Origin: Escherichia coli
GTDB taxonomy: Bacteria > Pseudomonadota > Gammaproteobacteria > Enterobacterales > Enterobacteriaceae
Assembly (NCBI RefSeq): GCF_046105845.1
Contig: NZ_CP151004.1
Strand: one strand, 5' to 3'
Length of the DNA: 64,000 bases
The number at the start of each line of letters is the position of its first letter. Positions within the stretch are counted from its first letter, which is position 1. This document shows, one piece after another, positions 21,291-30,188 of this stretch. The position numbers and the translations under genes were made by a program. Below the pieces are notes generated by a model that was not told the origin of the DNA, did not search any database, and saw only the letters and a list, made by a program, of their open reading frames with translations.

Positions 21291-21308
21291 CGCCTACAGC
21301 TGTAAGAA
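21291..21308. promoter_or_regulatory. EvgA box (CGCCTACA-GC-TGTAAGAA) upstream of safA-ydeO
   Basis: Second copy of the EvgA inverted-repeat motif; safA-ydeO is a known EvgA-activated operon. Confidence 0.7.
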
Positions 21309-21419
21309 ACTCCGCTCAGTACTGAAGCGCCAGTCCTATTTCCTCTATTCTCCAGCCTGTTATATTAAGCATACTGATTAACGATGCTTAACGTCATTCG
21401 TTTAATAAACATATTTGAA

Positions 21420-21617
21420 ATGCATGCGACCATAGTGAAAAATAAAATCACGCAAAGAGACAACTATAAAGGGATCATGTCTGTAATTGTGGTTGTATTA
21501 TTACTGACCCTTACATTGATAGCCATTTTTTCGGCAATTGATCAGCTGGGTATTTCAGAAATGGGTCGCATTGCAAGGGATCTTACACATTTCATTATCA
21601 ATAGTTTGCAAGACTGA
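21420..21617 (+). CDS. safA: Small membrane connector protein SafA (links EvgS/EvgA to PhoQ/PhoP)
   Basis: 65-aa product MHATIVKNKITQRDNYKGIMSVIVVVLLLTLTLIAIFSAIDQLG...; single TM helix; position before ydeO. Confidence 0.85.
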   Translation: MHATIVKNKITQRDNYKGIMSVIVVVLLLTLTLIAIFSAIDQLGISEMGRIARDLTHFIINSLQD

Positions 21618-21691
21618 AAATAAACAGCAAATTATAAATATGAAATGTTAAAAAAGTATCGATAAAAACTTTATTGTTTTAAGGAGATAAA

Positions 21692-22453
21692 ATGTCGCTC
21701 GTTTGTTCTGTTATATTTATTCATCATGCCTTCAACGCTAACATTTTAGATAAAGATTACGCCTTCTCTGACGGCGAGATCCTGATGGTAGATAACGCTG
21801 TTCGTACGCATTTTGAACCTTATGAGCGGCATTTCAAAGAAATCGGATTTAATGAAAATACCATTAAAAAATATCTACAATGCACTAACATCCAGACAGT
21901 GACGGTGCCTGTTCCTGCGAAGTTTTTACGTGCTTCAAATGTACCGACTGGATTGCTTAATGAAATGATTGCTTATCTCAACTCGGAAGAACGCAATCAT
22001 CATAATTTTTCAGAACTTTTGCTTTTTTCTTGCCTGTCTATTTTTGCCGCATGCAAAGGTTTCATTACACTATTAACTAACGGTGTGCTATCCGTTTCCG
22101 GGAAAGTGAGAAATATTGTCAACATGAAGCTGGCGCACCCATGGAAGCTGAAAGATATTTGTGACTGCCTGTACATCAGTGAAAGCCTGCTCAAGAAAAA
22201 ACTAAAGCAAGAGCAAACGACATTCTCACAGATTCTTTTAGATGCCAGAATGCAGCACGCAAAAAATTTGATACGCGTAGAAGGTTCTGTTAATAAAATT
22301 GCCGAACAATGTGGTTATGCCAGTACATCTTATTTTATTTATGCGTTCCGCAAACATTTCGGCAACAGTCCGAAGAGAGTTTCTAAGGAGTACCGTTGTC
22401 AAAGGCACACGGGAATAAATACGGGCAACACGATGAATGCTTTAGCTATTTGA
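21692..22453 (+). CDS. ydeO: AraC-family acid-resistance regulator YdeO
   Basis: 253-aa ORF with C-terminal AraC HTH (…YASTSYFIYAFRKHFGNSPKR…); matches K-12 YdeO. Confidence 0.9.
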   Translation: MSLVCSVIFIHHAFNANILDKDYAFSDGEILMVDNAVRTHFEPYERHFKEIGFNENTIKKYLQCTNIQTVTVPVPAKFLRASNVPTGLLNEMIAYLNSEERNHHNFSELLLFSCLSIFAACKGFITLLTNGVLSVSGKVRNIVNMKLAHPWKLKDICDCLYISESLLKKKLKQEQTTFSQILLDARMQHAKNLIRVEGSVNKIAEQCGYASTSYFIYAFRKHFGNSPKRVSKEYRCQRHTGINTGNTMNALAI

Positions 22454-22499
22454 TTATTTGCTAACGAGTAGTCAACCACACACGCTACGTAAGAATTAA

Positions 22500-22531
22500 A
22501 TGGGGCAGCCATTTCCTGCCCCGCGTTGTTT
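22500..22531 (+). terminator. Rho-independent terminator after ydeO
   Basis: GGGGCAG-CCATTTC-CTGCCCC followed by GCGTTGTTTTT. Confidence 0.7.
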
Positions 22532-22854
22532 TTAGGCGATATATTTATTGAAATAAATAAGTGACATTCATCACATATTTATGCATTTGCATAACCCGTT
22601 GCATGATTATTTATGATCTCAATTCGGCATTTTGTCAGTAAAATACAATAATTTATTAAATATCAATAGATTAGTTGTTTATCATCGAGAAATTACTTAG
22701 TAGAACAGAAAGTAATGTCAACGCTTTATGGACTGTTATTTCCCTTTTTTTAGCTAAATCTGCTATCTCTTTATGTGACTAACTTCACTTACATTCACTT
22801 ATTTCTCTTCGTAAAATTACTTTGGAATTAAGTACAATAAGAAGAGGAACATTT

Positions 22855-24537
22855 ATGAAGTCTGCATTAAAGAAAAGTGTCGTAAGTACCTCGATATCTT
22901 TGATACTGGCATCTGGTATGGCTGCATTTGCTGCTCATGCGGCAGATGATGTAAAGCTAAAAGCAACCAAAACAAACGTTGCTTTCTCAGACTTTACGCC
23001 GACTGAATACAGTACCAAGGGAAAGCCAAATATTATCGTACTGACTATGGATGATCTTGGTTATGGACAACTTCCTTTTGATAAGGGATCTTTTGACCCA
23101 AAAACAATGGAAAATCGTGAAGTTGTCGATACCTACAAAATAGGGATAGATAAAGCCATTGAAGCTGCGCAAAAATCAACGCCGACGCTCCTTTCATTAA
23201 TGGATGAAGGCGTACGTTTTACTAACGGCTATGTGGCGCACGGTGTTTCCGGCCCCTCCCGCGCCGCAATAATGACCGGTCGAGCGCCCGCCCGCTTTGG
23301 TGTCTATTCCAATACCGATGCTCAGGATGGTATTCCGCTAACAGAAACTTTCTTGCCTGAATTATTCCAGAATCATGGTTATTACACTGCAGCAGTAGGT
23401 AAATGGCACTTGTCAAAAATCAGTAATGTGCCAGTACCAGAAGATAAACAAACGCGTGACTATCATGACAACTTCACCACATTTTCTGCGGAAGAATGGC
23501 AACCTCAAAACCGTGGCTTTGATTACTTTATGGGATTCCACGCTGCAGGAACGGCATATTACAACTCCCCTTCACTGTTCAAAAACCGTGAACGCGTCCC
23601 CGCAAAAGGTTATATCAGCGATCAGTTAACCGATGAGGCAATTGGCGTTGTTGATCGTGCCAAAACACTTGACCAGCCTTTTATGCTTTACCTGGCTTAT
23701 AATGCTCCGCACCTGCCAAATGATAATCCTGCACCGGAGCAATATCAGAAGCAATTTAATACTGGTAGTCAAACAGCAGATAACTACTACGCTTCCGTTT
23801 ATTCTGTTGATCAGGGTGTAAAACGCATTCTCGAACAACTGAAGAAAAACGGACAGTATGACAATACTATTATTCTCTTTACCTCCGATAATGGTGCGGT
23901 TATCGATGGTCCTCTGCCGCTGAACGGGGCGCAAAAAGGCTATAAGAGTCAGACCTATCCTGGCGGTACTCACACCCCAATGTTTATGTGGTGGAAAGGA
24001 AAACTTCAACCCGGTAATTATGACAAGCTGATTTCCGCAATGGATTTCTACCCGACAGCTCTTGATGCAGCCGATATCAGCATTCCAAAAGACCTTAAGC
24101 TGGATGGCGTTTCCTTGCTGCCGTGGTTGCAAGATAAGAAACAAGGCGAGCCACATAAAAATCTGACCTGGATAACCTCTTATTCTCACTGGTTTGACGA
24201 GGAAAATATTCCATTCTGGGATAATTACCACAAATTTGTCCGCCATCAGTCAGACGATTACCCGCATAACCCCAATACCGAGGACTTAAGCCAATTCTCT
24301 TATACGGTGAGAAATAACGATTATTCGCTTGTCTATACAGTAGAAAACAATCAGTTAGGTCTATACAAACTGACGGATCTACAGCAAAAAGATAACATTG
24401 CCGCCGCCAATCCGCAGGTCGTTAAAGAGATGCAAGGCGTGGTAAGAGAGTTTATCGACAGCAGCCAGCCACCGCTTAGCGAGGTAAATCAGGAGAAGTT
24501 TAACAATATCAAGAAAGCACTAAGCGAAGCGAAATAA
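22855..24537 (+). CDS. ydeN: Ser-type sulfatase (periplasmic, signal peptide)
   Basis: Start MKSALKKSVVSTSISLILASGMAAFAAHA with RBS AAGAGGAA; sulfatase signature S-G-P-S-R-AAIMTGR (Ser in the C/S-x-P-x-R motif) read at approx. 23250-23285. Confidence 0.9.
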   Translation: MKSALKKSVVSTSISLILASGMAAFAAHAADDVKLKATKTNVAFSDFTPTEYSTKGKPNIIVLTMDDLGYGQLPFDKGSFDPKTMENREVVDTYKIGIDKAIEAAQKSTPTLLSLMDEGVRFTNGYVAHGVSGPSRAAIMTGRAPARFGVYSNTDAQDGIPLTETFLPELFQNHGYYTAAVGKWHLSKISNVPVPEDKQTRDYHDNFTTFSAEEWQPQNRGFDYFMGFHAAGTAYYNSPSLFKNRERVPAKGYISDQLTDEAIGVVDRAKTLDQPFMLYLAYNAPHLPNDNPAPEQYQKQFNTGSQTADNYYASVYSVDQGVKRILEQLKKNGQYDNTIILFTSDNGAVIDGPLPLNGAQKGYKSQTYPGGTHTPMFMWWKGKLQPGNYDKLISAMDFYPTALDAADISIPKDLKLDGVSLLPWLQDKKQGEPHKNLTWITSYSHWFDEENIPFWDNYHKFVRHQSDDYPHNPNTEDLSQFSYTVRNNDYSLVYTVENNQLGLYKLTDLQQKDNIAAANPQVVKEMQGVVREFIDSSQPPLSEVNQEKFNNIKKALSEAK

Positions 24538-24549
24538 CTAAACCTTCAT

Positions 24550-24575
24550 GCGGCGGATTTTTCCGCCGCCTTATT
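24550..24575 (+). terminator. Hairpin between ydeN and ydeM (attenuator/terminator-like)
   Basis: GCGGCGG-ATTTTT-CCGCCGC then TTATTG. Confidence 0.4.
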
Positions 24576-24588
24576 GAGCGAGATAGCG

Positions 24589-25746
24589 ATGCACGTTACA
24601 GCCAAGCCCTCCAGTTTTCAATGTAATCTCAAATGTGATTACTGTTTTTACCTTGAAAAAGAGTCGCAGTTTACTCATGAAAAATGGATGGATGACAGCA
24701 CTCTGAAAGAGTTCATCAAACAATATATCGCAGCGTCTGGCAATCAGGTCTATTTTACGTGGCAAGGCGGTGAACCCACTCTGGCTGGTCTGGATTTTTT
24801 CCGTAAAGTTATTCACTATCAACAACGCTATGCAGGCCAAAAACGTATTTTTAATGCATTACAAACGAATGGCATTTTATTGAATAATGAATGGTGTGCC
24901 TTTCTCAAAGAACATGAGTTTCTGGTTGGTATCTCGATCGATGGACCCCAGGAGCTACATGACCGTTACAGACGCAGTAATTCAGGTAACGGTACTTTTG
25001 CAAAAGTGATAGCAGCCATCGAGCGTCTGAAATCATTTCAAGTAGAGTTTAATACGTTAACCGTCATTAATAACGTTAATGTCCATTACCCTCTTGAGGT
25101 TTATCATTTTTTAAAATCTATCGGCAGTAAACATATGCAATTTATCGAATTGCTCGAAACCGGGACGCCGAATATTGATTTCAGTGGTCATAGTGAGAAC
25201 ACATTCCGTATCATTGATTTTTCTGTGCCTCCTACGGCTTATGGCAAGTTTATGTCGACCATTTTTATGCAATGGGTTAAAAACGATGTGGGTGAAATTT
25301 TCATCCGTCAGTTTGAAAGCTTTGTCAGCCGTTTTTTGGGGAATGGGCATACCAGTTGTATTTTCCAGGAGTCCTGCAAGGATAATCTGGTTGTTGAAAG
25401 TAATGGAGACATTTACGAATGCGACCATTTTGTCTATCCACAGTACAAAATTGGAAACATTAATAAATCTGAACTCAAAACGATGAACAGTGTTCAACTG
25501 ACAGCGCAAAAAAAACGGATTTCAGCGAAATGTCAGCAATGTGCATATAAACTTATCTGCAATGGCGGTTGCCCTAAGCATCGTATTACTAAAGTAAACA
25601 ATGAGACTGTTTCCTATTTTTGCGAAGGTTATAAAATCCTTTTTTCAACCATGGTACCTTATATGAACGCCATGGTGGAGTTAGCCAAGAACAGAGTACC
25701 GCTTTACCACATTATGGATGTTGCAAAACAAATGGAGAATAATTAA
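24589..25746 (+). CDS. ydeM: Anaerobic sulfatase-maturating enzyme homolog (radical SAM, SPASM domain)
   Basis: 385-aa product [21 protein letters not shown]… (CxxxCxxC radical-SAM cluster motif) plus C-terminal Cys-rich region; adjacent to Ser-type sulfatase. Confidence 0.9.
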   Translation: MHVTAKPSSFQCNLKCDYCFYLEKESQFTHEKWMDDSTLKEFIKQYIAASGNQVYFTWQGGEPTLAGLDFFRKVIHYQQRYAGQKRIFNALQTNGILLNNEWCAFLKEHEFLVGISIDGPQELHDRYRRSNSGNGTFAKVIAAIERLKSFQVEFNTLTVINNVNVHYPLEVYHFLKSIGSKHMQFIELLETGTPNIDFSGHSENTFRIIDFSVPPTAYGKFMSTIFMQWVKNDVGEIFIRQFESFVSRFLGNGHTSCIFQESCKDNLVVESNGDIYECDHFVYPQYKIGNINKSELKTMNSVQLTAQKKRISAKCQQCAYKLICNGGCPKHRITKVNNETVSYFCEGYKILFSTMVPYMNAMVELAKNRVPLYHIMDVAKQMENN

Positions 25747-25992
25747 TAACGCTCCTTCTTTGCTCCAGTCTTAGCCTCCGTCTTATGACCTTAACAAAGC
25801 ACCCGACATAAATTCCTGTTGGGTGTTTCGTCATCATCATCTTCCCTTGCGAAAATCCTGGCTTACGTGGTATGCGTCAGGGCATTAGCAATATCCTTGA
25901 TTATCAATAGCATAACCATAACCACTGAAAATGAAATATTCCTTTATATTTCATATTGTTAAATGATACTTAAATAAATTTCATCAGTAAAT

Positions 25993-26016
25993 CATTGCCA
26001 TAGATAATCATTGGAT
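25993..26016. promoter_or_regulatory. Fur-box-like sequence (…TTGCCATAGATAATCATTGG…) upstream of yddA
   Basis: Contains GATAATCATT, a close match to the core of the Fur consensus GATAATGATAATCATTATC; 20-45 bp upstream of yddA start. Confidence 0.45.
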
Positions 26017-26036
26017 GGCACAATCAATTTTCGCTA

Positions 26037-27722
26037 ATGATAACCATTCCCATTACGTTTCGTATGTTGATAGCAAAGTATCTCTGTCTGCTGAAGCCCT
26101 TTTGGCTGCGTAAGAATAATAAAACTTCAGTGCTGTTAATCATTATTATCCTCGCCATGATCCTTGGCGTGGTTAAAATTCAGGTCTGGTTAAACGACTG
26201 GAATAATGATTTTTTCAATGCGCTAAGCCAGAAAGAAACCGATAAGCTTTGGCAGCTTGTTCTTTGGTTCCCTGCCCTGCTGGGGATCTTTGTATTAATA
26301 TCCGTAAACAAAACATGGTTAATTAAACTACTGACTATTCGCTGGCGCGAATGGTTAACAGATTACTACCTTAATCGCTGGTTTGCAGATAAAAACTACT
26401 ACTTCACGCAAATCTACGGCGAGCATAAAAATACAGATAACCCTGACCAACGTATCGCTGAAGACATTCTCTTACTGATCAGTAAAACGCTCAGCCTTTC
26501 ATTTGGCTTCATCCAGTCGCTTAGCATGCTGATCACCTTTACCGTTATTCTTTGGCAAAGCGCGGGTACGCTCTCATTCACTGTTGGTGGAACAGAATGG
26601 AATATCCAGGGGTATATGGTCTATACCGTCGTGCTCATTGTGATCGGTGGAACTTTATTTACTCATAAGGTGGGTAAACGTATTCGTCCGCTTAATGTGG
26701 AAAAACAACGTAGCGAAGCGACATTTCGAACTAATCTTGTGCAGCATAATAAGCAGGCTGAACTGATTGCGCTAAGCAATGCTGAGTCTCTACAACGCCA
26801 GGAGTTGAGCGACAATTTTCATACCATTAAAGAGAACTGGCATCGTTTAATGAATCGTCAGCGGTGGCTTGATTACTGGCAGAATATTTATTCGCGCTCG
26901 CTTAGCGTTCTTCCCTACTTTCTGTTATTGCCACAGTTTATTAGCGGACAGATCAATCTGGGCGGACTGATGAAATCGCGCCAGGCATTTATGCTGGTAT
27001 CGAACAATTTAAGCTGGTTTATTTATAAATATGATGAACTTGCTGAACTGGCTGCGGTTATCGATCGCTTGTATGAGTTCCATCAACTCACCGAACAGCG
27101 CCCTACGAATAAGCCTAAAAATTGCCAACATGCGGTACAAGTGGCTGACGCGAGTATTCGTACTCCTGATAATAAGATCATATTAGAGAACCTAAACTTT
27201 CATGTTTCGCCAGGCAAATGGCTATTACTGAAAGGTTACTCTGGTGCGGGAAAAACCACACTGCTTAAAACATTATCCCACTGCTGGCCGTGGTTTAAAG
27301 GTGATATTTCTTCTCCTGCTGACAGTTGGTATGTGTCACAAACACCGTTAATCAAAAGCGGCTTACTGAAAGAGATTATTTGTAAAGCACTTCCCCTGCC
27401 CGTAGACGATAAATCGTTGAGCGAAGTACTGCATCAGGTTGGTTTGGGGAAATTGGCTGCGCGTATTCATGACCACGATCGCTGGGGAGATATTCTTTCC
27501 AGCGGCGAAAAACAACGCATCGCGCTGGCACGATTAATTTTACGACGTCCGAAATGGATATTTCTTGACGAAACTACCTCTCATCTTGAGGAACAAGAGG
27601 CTATCCGCTTACTGTGTTTAGTGCGTGAAAAACTACCCACAAGCGGCGTCATTATGGTTACACATCAACCCGGTGTCTGGAACCTGGCCGATGATATTTG
27701 TGACATTAGCGCGGTTTTATAA
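26037..27722 (+). CDS. yddA: Fused ABC transporter permease/ATP-binding protein (exporter-type)
   Basis: 561-aa ORF; N-terminal TM domain, C-terminal NBD with Walker A GYSGAGKTT and ABC signature LSSGEKQR; matches K-12 YddA. Confidence 0.9.
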   Translation: MITIPITFRMLIAKYLCLLKPFWLRKNNKTSVLLIIIILAMILGVVKIQVWLNDWNNDFFNALSQKETDKLWQLVLWFPALLGIFVLISVNKTWLIKLLTIRWREWLTDYYLNRWFADKNYYFTQIYGEHKNTDNPDQRIAEDILLLISKTLSLSFGFIQSLSMLITFTVILWQSAGTLSFTVGGTEWNIQGYMVYTVVLIVIGGTLFTHKVGKRIRPLNVEKQRSEATFRTNLVQHNKQAELIALSNAESLQRQELSDNFHTIKENWHRLMNRQRWLDYWQNIYSRSLSVLPYFLLLPQFISGQINLGGLMKSRQAFMLVSNNLSWFIYKYDELAELAAVIDRLYEFHQLTEQRPTNKPKNCQHAVQVADASIRTPDNKIILENLNFHVSPGKWLLLKGYSGAGKTTLLKTLSHCWPWFKGDISSPADSWYVSQTPLIKSGLLKEIICKALPLPVDDKSLSEVLHQVGLGKLAARIHDHDRWGDILSSGEKQRIALARLILRRPKWIFLDETTSHLEEQEAIRLLCLVREKLPTSGVIMVTHQPGVWNLADDICDISAVL

Positions 27723-27759
27723 AAACAATAAAAGCCCTGCTGTACGGAGATAAAAATAA

Positions 27760-30132
27760 ATGAAGCGAGTTCTTATTCCTGGCGTCATTTTATGTGGCGC
27801 TGATGTGGCGCAGGCCGTCGATGACAAAAACATGTACATGCATGTTTTTGAAGAGATGACGGTCTATGCTCCTGTCCCTGTACCCGTAAACGGCAACACG
27901 CATTACACCAGTGAAAGCATCGAGCGTTTACCGACCGGGAATGGCAATATCAGCGATCTGCTGAGAACAAACCCTGCGGTACGCATGGATTCAACGCAAA
28001 GTACCTCGTTGAACCAGGGAGATATTCGCCCGGAGAAAATCTCTATTCACGGTGCGTCGCCCTATCAGAATGCCTATTTGATTGACGGTATTAGTGCAAC
28101 TAACAACCTGAATCCAGCGAATGAGTCCGATGCCAGTAGTGCAACCAATATTAGCGGGATGTCACAGGGGTATTATCTTGATGTCAGCTTACTGGACAAT
28201 GTGACGCTTTATGACAGTTTTGTGCCGGTTGAATTCGGTCGCTTCAATGGCGGGGTAATTGATGCAAAGATCAAACGCTTCAACGCTGATGATAGCAGCG
28301 TGAAACTGGGTTATCGCACTACGCGTTCGGACTGGTTAACATCGCATATCGATGAGAATAACAAGAGCGCATTTAATCAAGGTTCTTCAGGAAGTACTTA
28401 TTTCTCTCCAGATTTTAAAAAGAACTTTTATACCTTGTCGTTTAATCAGGAACTGGCTGATAACTTTGGCGTTACTGCCGGTTTATCGCGCCGCCAGTCT
28501 GATATCACCCGCGCGGATTATGTTTCGAATGACGGCATTGTCGCCGGTCGGGCACAGTATAAAAATGTTATCGATACCGCATTGAGCAAATTTACCTGGT
28601 TTGCCAGCGACCGCTTTACCCACGATTTAACCTTAAAATATACCGGCTCCAGTCGTGATTATAATACCAGCACCTTCCCGCAGTCTGATCGCGAAATGGG
28701 TAATAAATCCTACGGTCTGGCATGGGATATGGATACGCATCTCGCATGGGCCAAACTACGTACCACCGTTGGTTGGGATCATATTAGTGATTATACCCGT
28801 CACGATCATGACATCTGGTACACCGAACTTTCATGTACATATGGTGATATTACAGGGCGTTGCACCCGTGGCGGATTAGGACACATTTCCCAGGCTGTAG
28901 ATAATTACACCTTCAAAACACGCCTGGACTGGCAAAAATTCACCGTGGGTAATGTTTCGCATCAACCCTACTTCGGCGCGGAATACATCTATTCCGATGC
29001 ATGGACTGAACGCCATAACCAGTCTGAATCCTATGTGATTAATGCTGCCGGAAAGAAAACTAACCATACCATTTACCATAAAGGTAAAGGCAGCCTGGGA
29101 ATTGACAACTACACGCTGTATATGGCGGATCGCATTAGCTGGCGTAATGTGTCATTAATGCCCGGCGTGCGGTATGACTATGACAACTATCTGTCAAACC
29201 ACAATATCTCCCCGCGCTTTATGACGGAATGGGATATTTTTGCTGATCAAACCTCAATGATTACCGCAGGTTATAACCGTTACTATGGCGGGAATATTCT
29301 TGATATGGGATTACGTGATATCCGCAATAGCTGGACGGAATCGGTATCAGGCAATAAAACCCTGACGCGTTATCAGGATTTGAAAACGCCTTATAACGAT
29401 GAACTGGCAATGGGATTGCAGCAAAAAATCGGTAAGAACGTTATTGCGCGCGCAAACTATGTTTACCGTGAAGCGCATGATCAAATCAGCAAAAGCAGTC
29501 GTACCGACAGCGCGACTAAAACCACCATTACTGAATATAACAACGACGGCAAAACCAAAACGCATTCGTTCAACCTCAGTTTTGAACTGGCCGAACCCCT
29601 GCATATCAGCCAGGTAGATATTAACCCGCAAATTGTCTTTAGCTATATCAAGAGCAAGGGCAACTTGTCGTTAAACAATGGTTATGAGGAAAGCAATACC
29701 GGTGATAACCAGGTGGTTTATAACGGTAATCTGGTCTCTTACGATAGCGTTCCAGTGGCAGATTTTAATAACCCATTAAAGATCTCCTTAAACATGGATT
29801 TCACGCATCAACCGAGCGGGTTGGTGTGGGCGAATACGCTGGCCTGGCAAGAAGCGCGTAAAGCTCGCATTATCCTTGGTAAGACAAATGCGCAATACAT
29901 CAGTGAATATTCAGATTACAAGCAGTATGTTGACGAAAAACTGGATAGCAGCCTGACCTGGGACACCCGCTTGTCCTGGACGCCACAATTTCTGAAACAA
30001 CAAAACCTGACGATCAGTGCCGATATTCTCAATGTACTGGATAGCAAAACCGCGGTTGATACAACGAATACCGGTGTGGCGACCTACGCCAGTGGCCGTA
30101 CTTTCTGGCTTGATGTCAGCATGAAATTTTAA
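27760..30132 (+). CDS. yddB: TonB-dependent outer-membrane receptor-like protein
   Basis: 790-aa ORF with signal peptide, plug-like N-terminal region and C-terminal …WLDVSMKF (terminal aromatic); gene order matches K-12 yddB. Confidence 0.9.
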   Translation: MKRVLIPGVILCGADVAQAVDDKNMYMHVFEEMTVYAPVPVPVNGNTHYTSESIERLPTGNGNISDLLRTNPAVRMDSTQSTSLNQGDIRPEKISIHGASPYQNAYLIDGISATNNLNPANESDASSATNISGMSQGYYLDVSLLDNVTLYDSFVPVEFGRFNGGVIDAKIKRFNADDSSVKLGYRTTRSDWLTSHIDENNKSAFNQGSSGSTYFSPDFKKNFYTLSFNQELADNFGVTAGLSRRQSDITRADYVSNDGIVAGRAQYKNVIDTALSKFTWFASDRFTHDLTLKYTGSSRDYNTSTFPQSDREMGNKSYGLAWDMDTHLAWAKLRTTVGWDHISDYTRHDHDIWYTELSCTYGDITGRCTRGGLGHISQAVDNYTFKTRLDWQKFTVGNVSHQPYFGAEYIYSDAWTERHNQSESYVINAAGKKTNHTIYHKGKGSLGIDNYTLYMADRISWRNVSLMPGVRYDYDNYLSNHNISPRFMTEWDIFADQTSMITAGYNRYYGGNILDMGLRDIRNSWTESVSGNKTLTRYQDLKTPYNDELAMGLQQKIGKNVIARANYVYREAHDQISKSSRTDSATKTTITEYNNDGKTKTHSFNLSFELAEPLHISQVDINPQIVFSYIKSKGNLSLNNGYEESNTGDNQVVYNGNLVSYDSVPVADFNNPLKISLNMDFTHQPSGLVWANTLAWQEARKARIILGKTNAQYISEYSDYKQYVDEKLDSSLTWDTRLSWTPQFLKQQNLTISADILNVLDSKTAVDTTNTGVATYASGRTFWLDVSMKF

Positions 30133-30188
30133 TAGTTCGGATTTTACTTAACCGGGTAAATTTGCCCGGTTTTCGCATGGAGATAATT

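Noticed and set aside
23626-24246. 206-aa minus-strand ORF inside ydeN
   Set aside because: Antisense shadow within the sulfatase gene.
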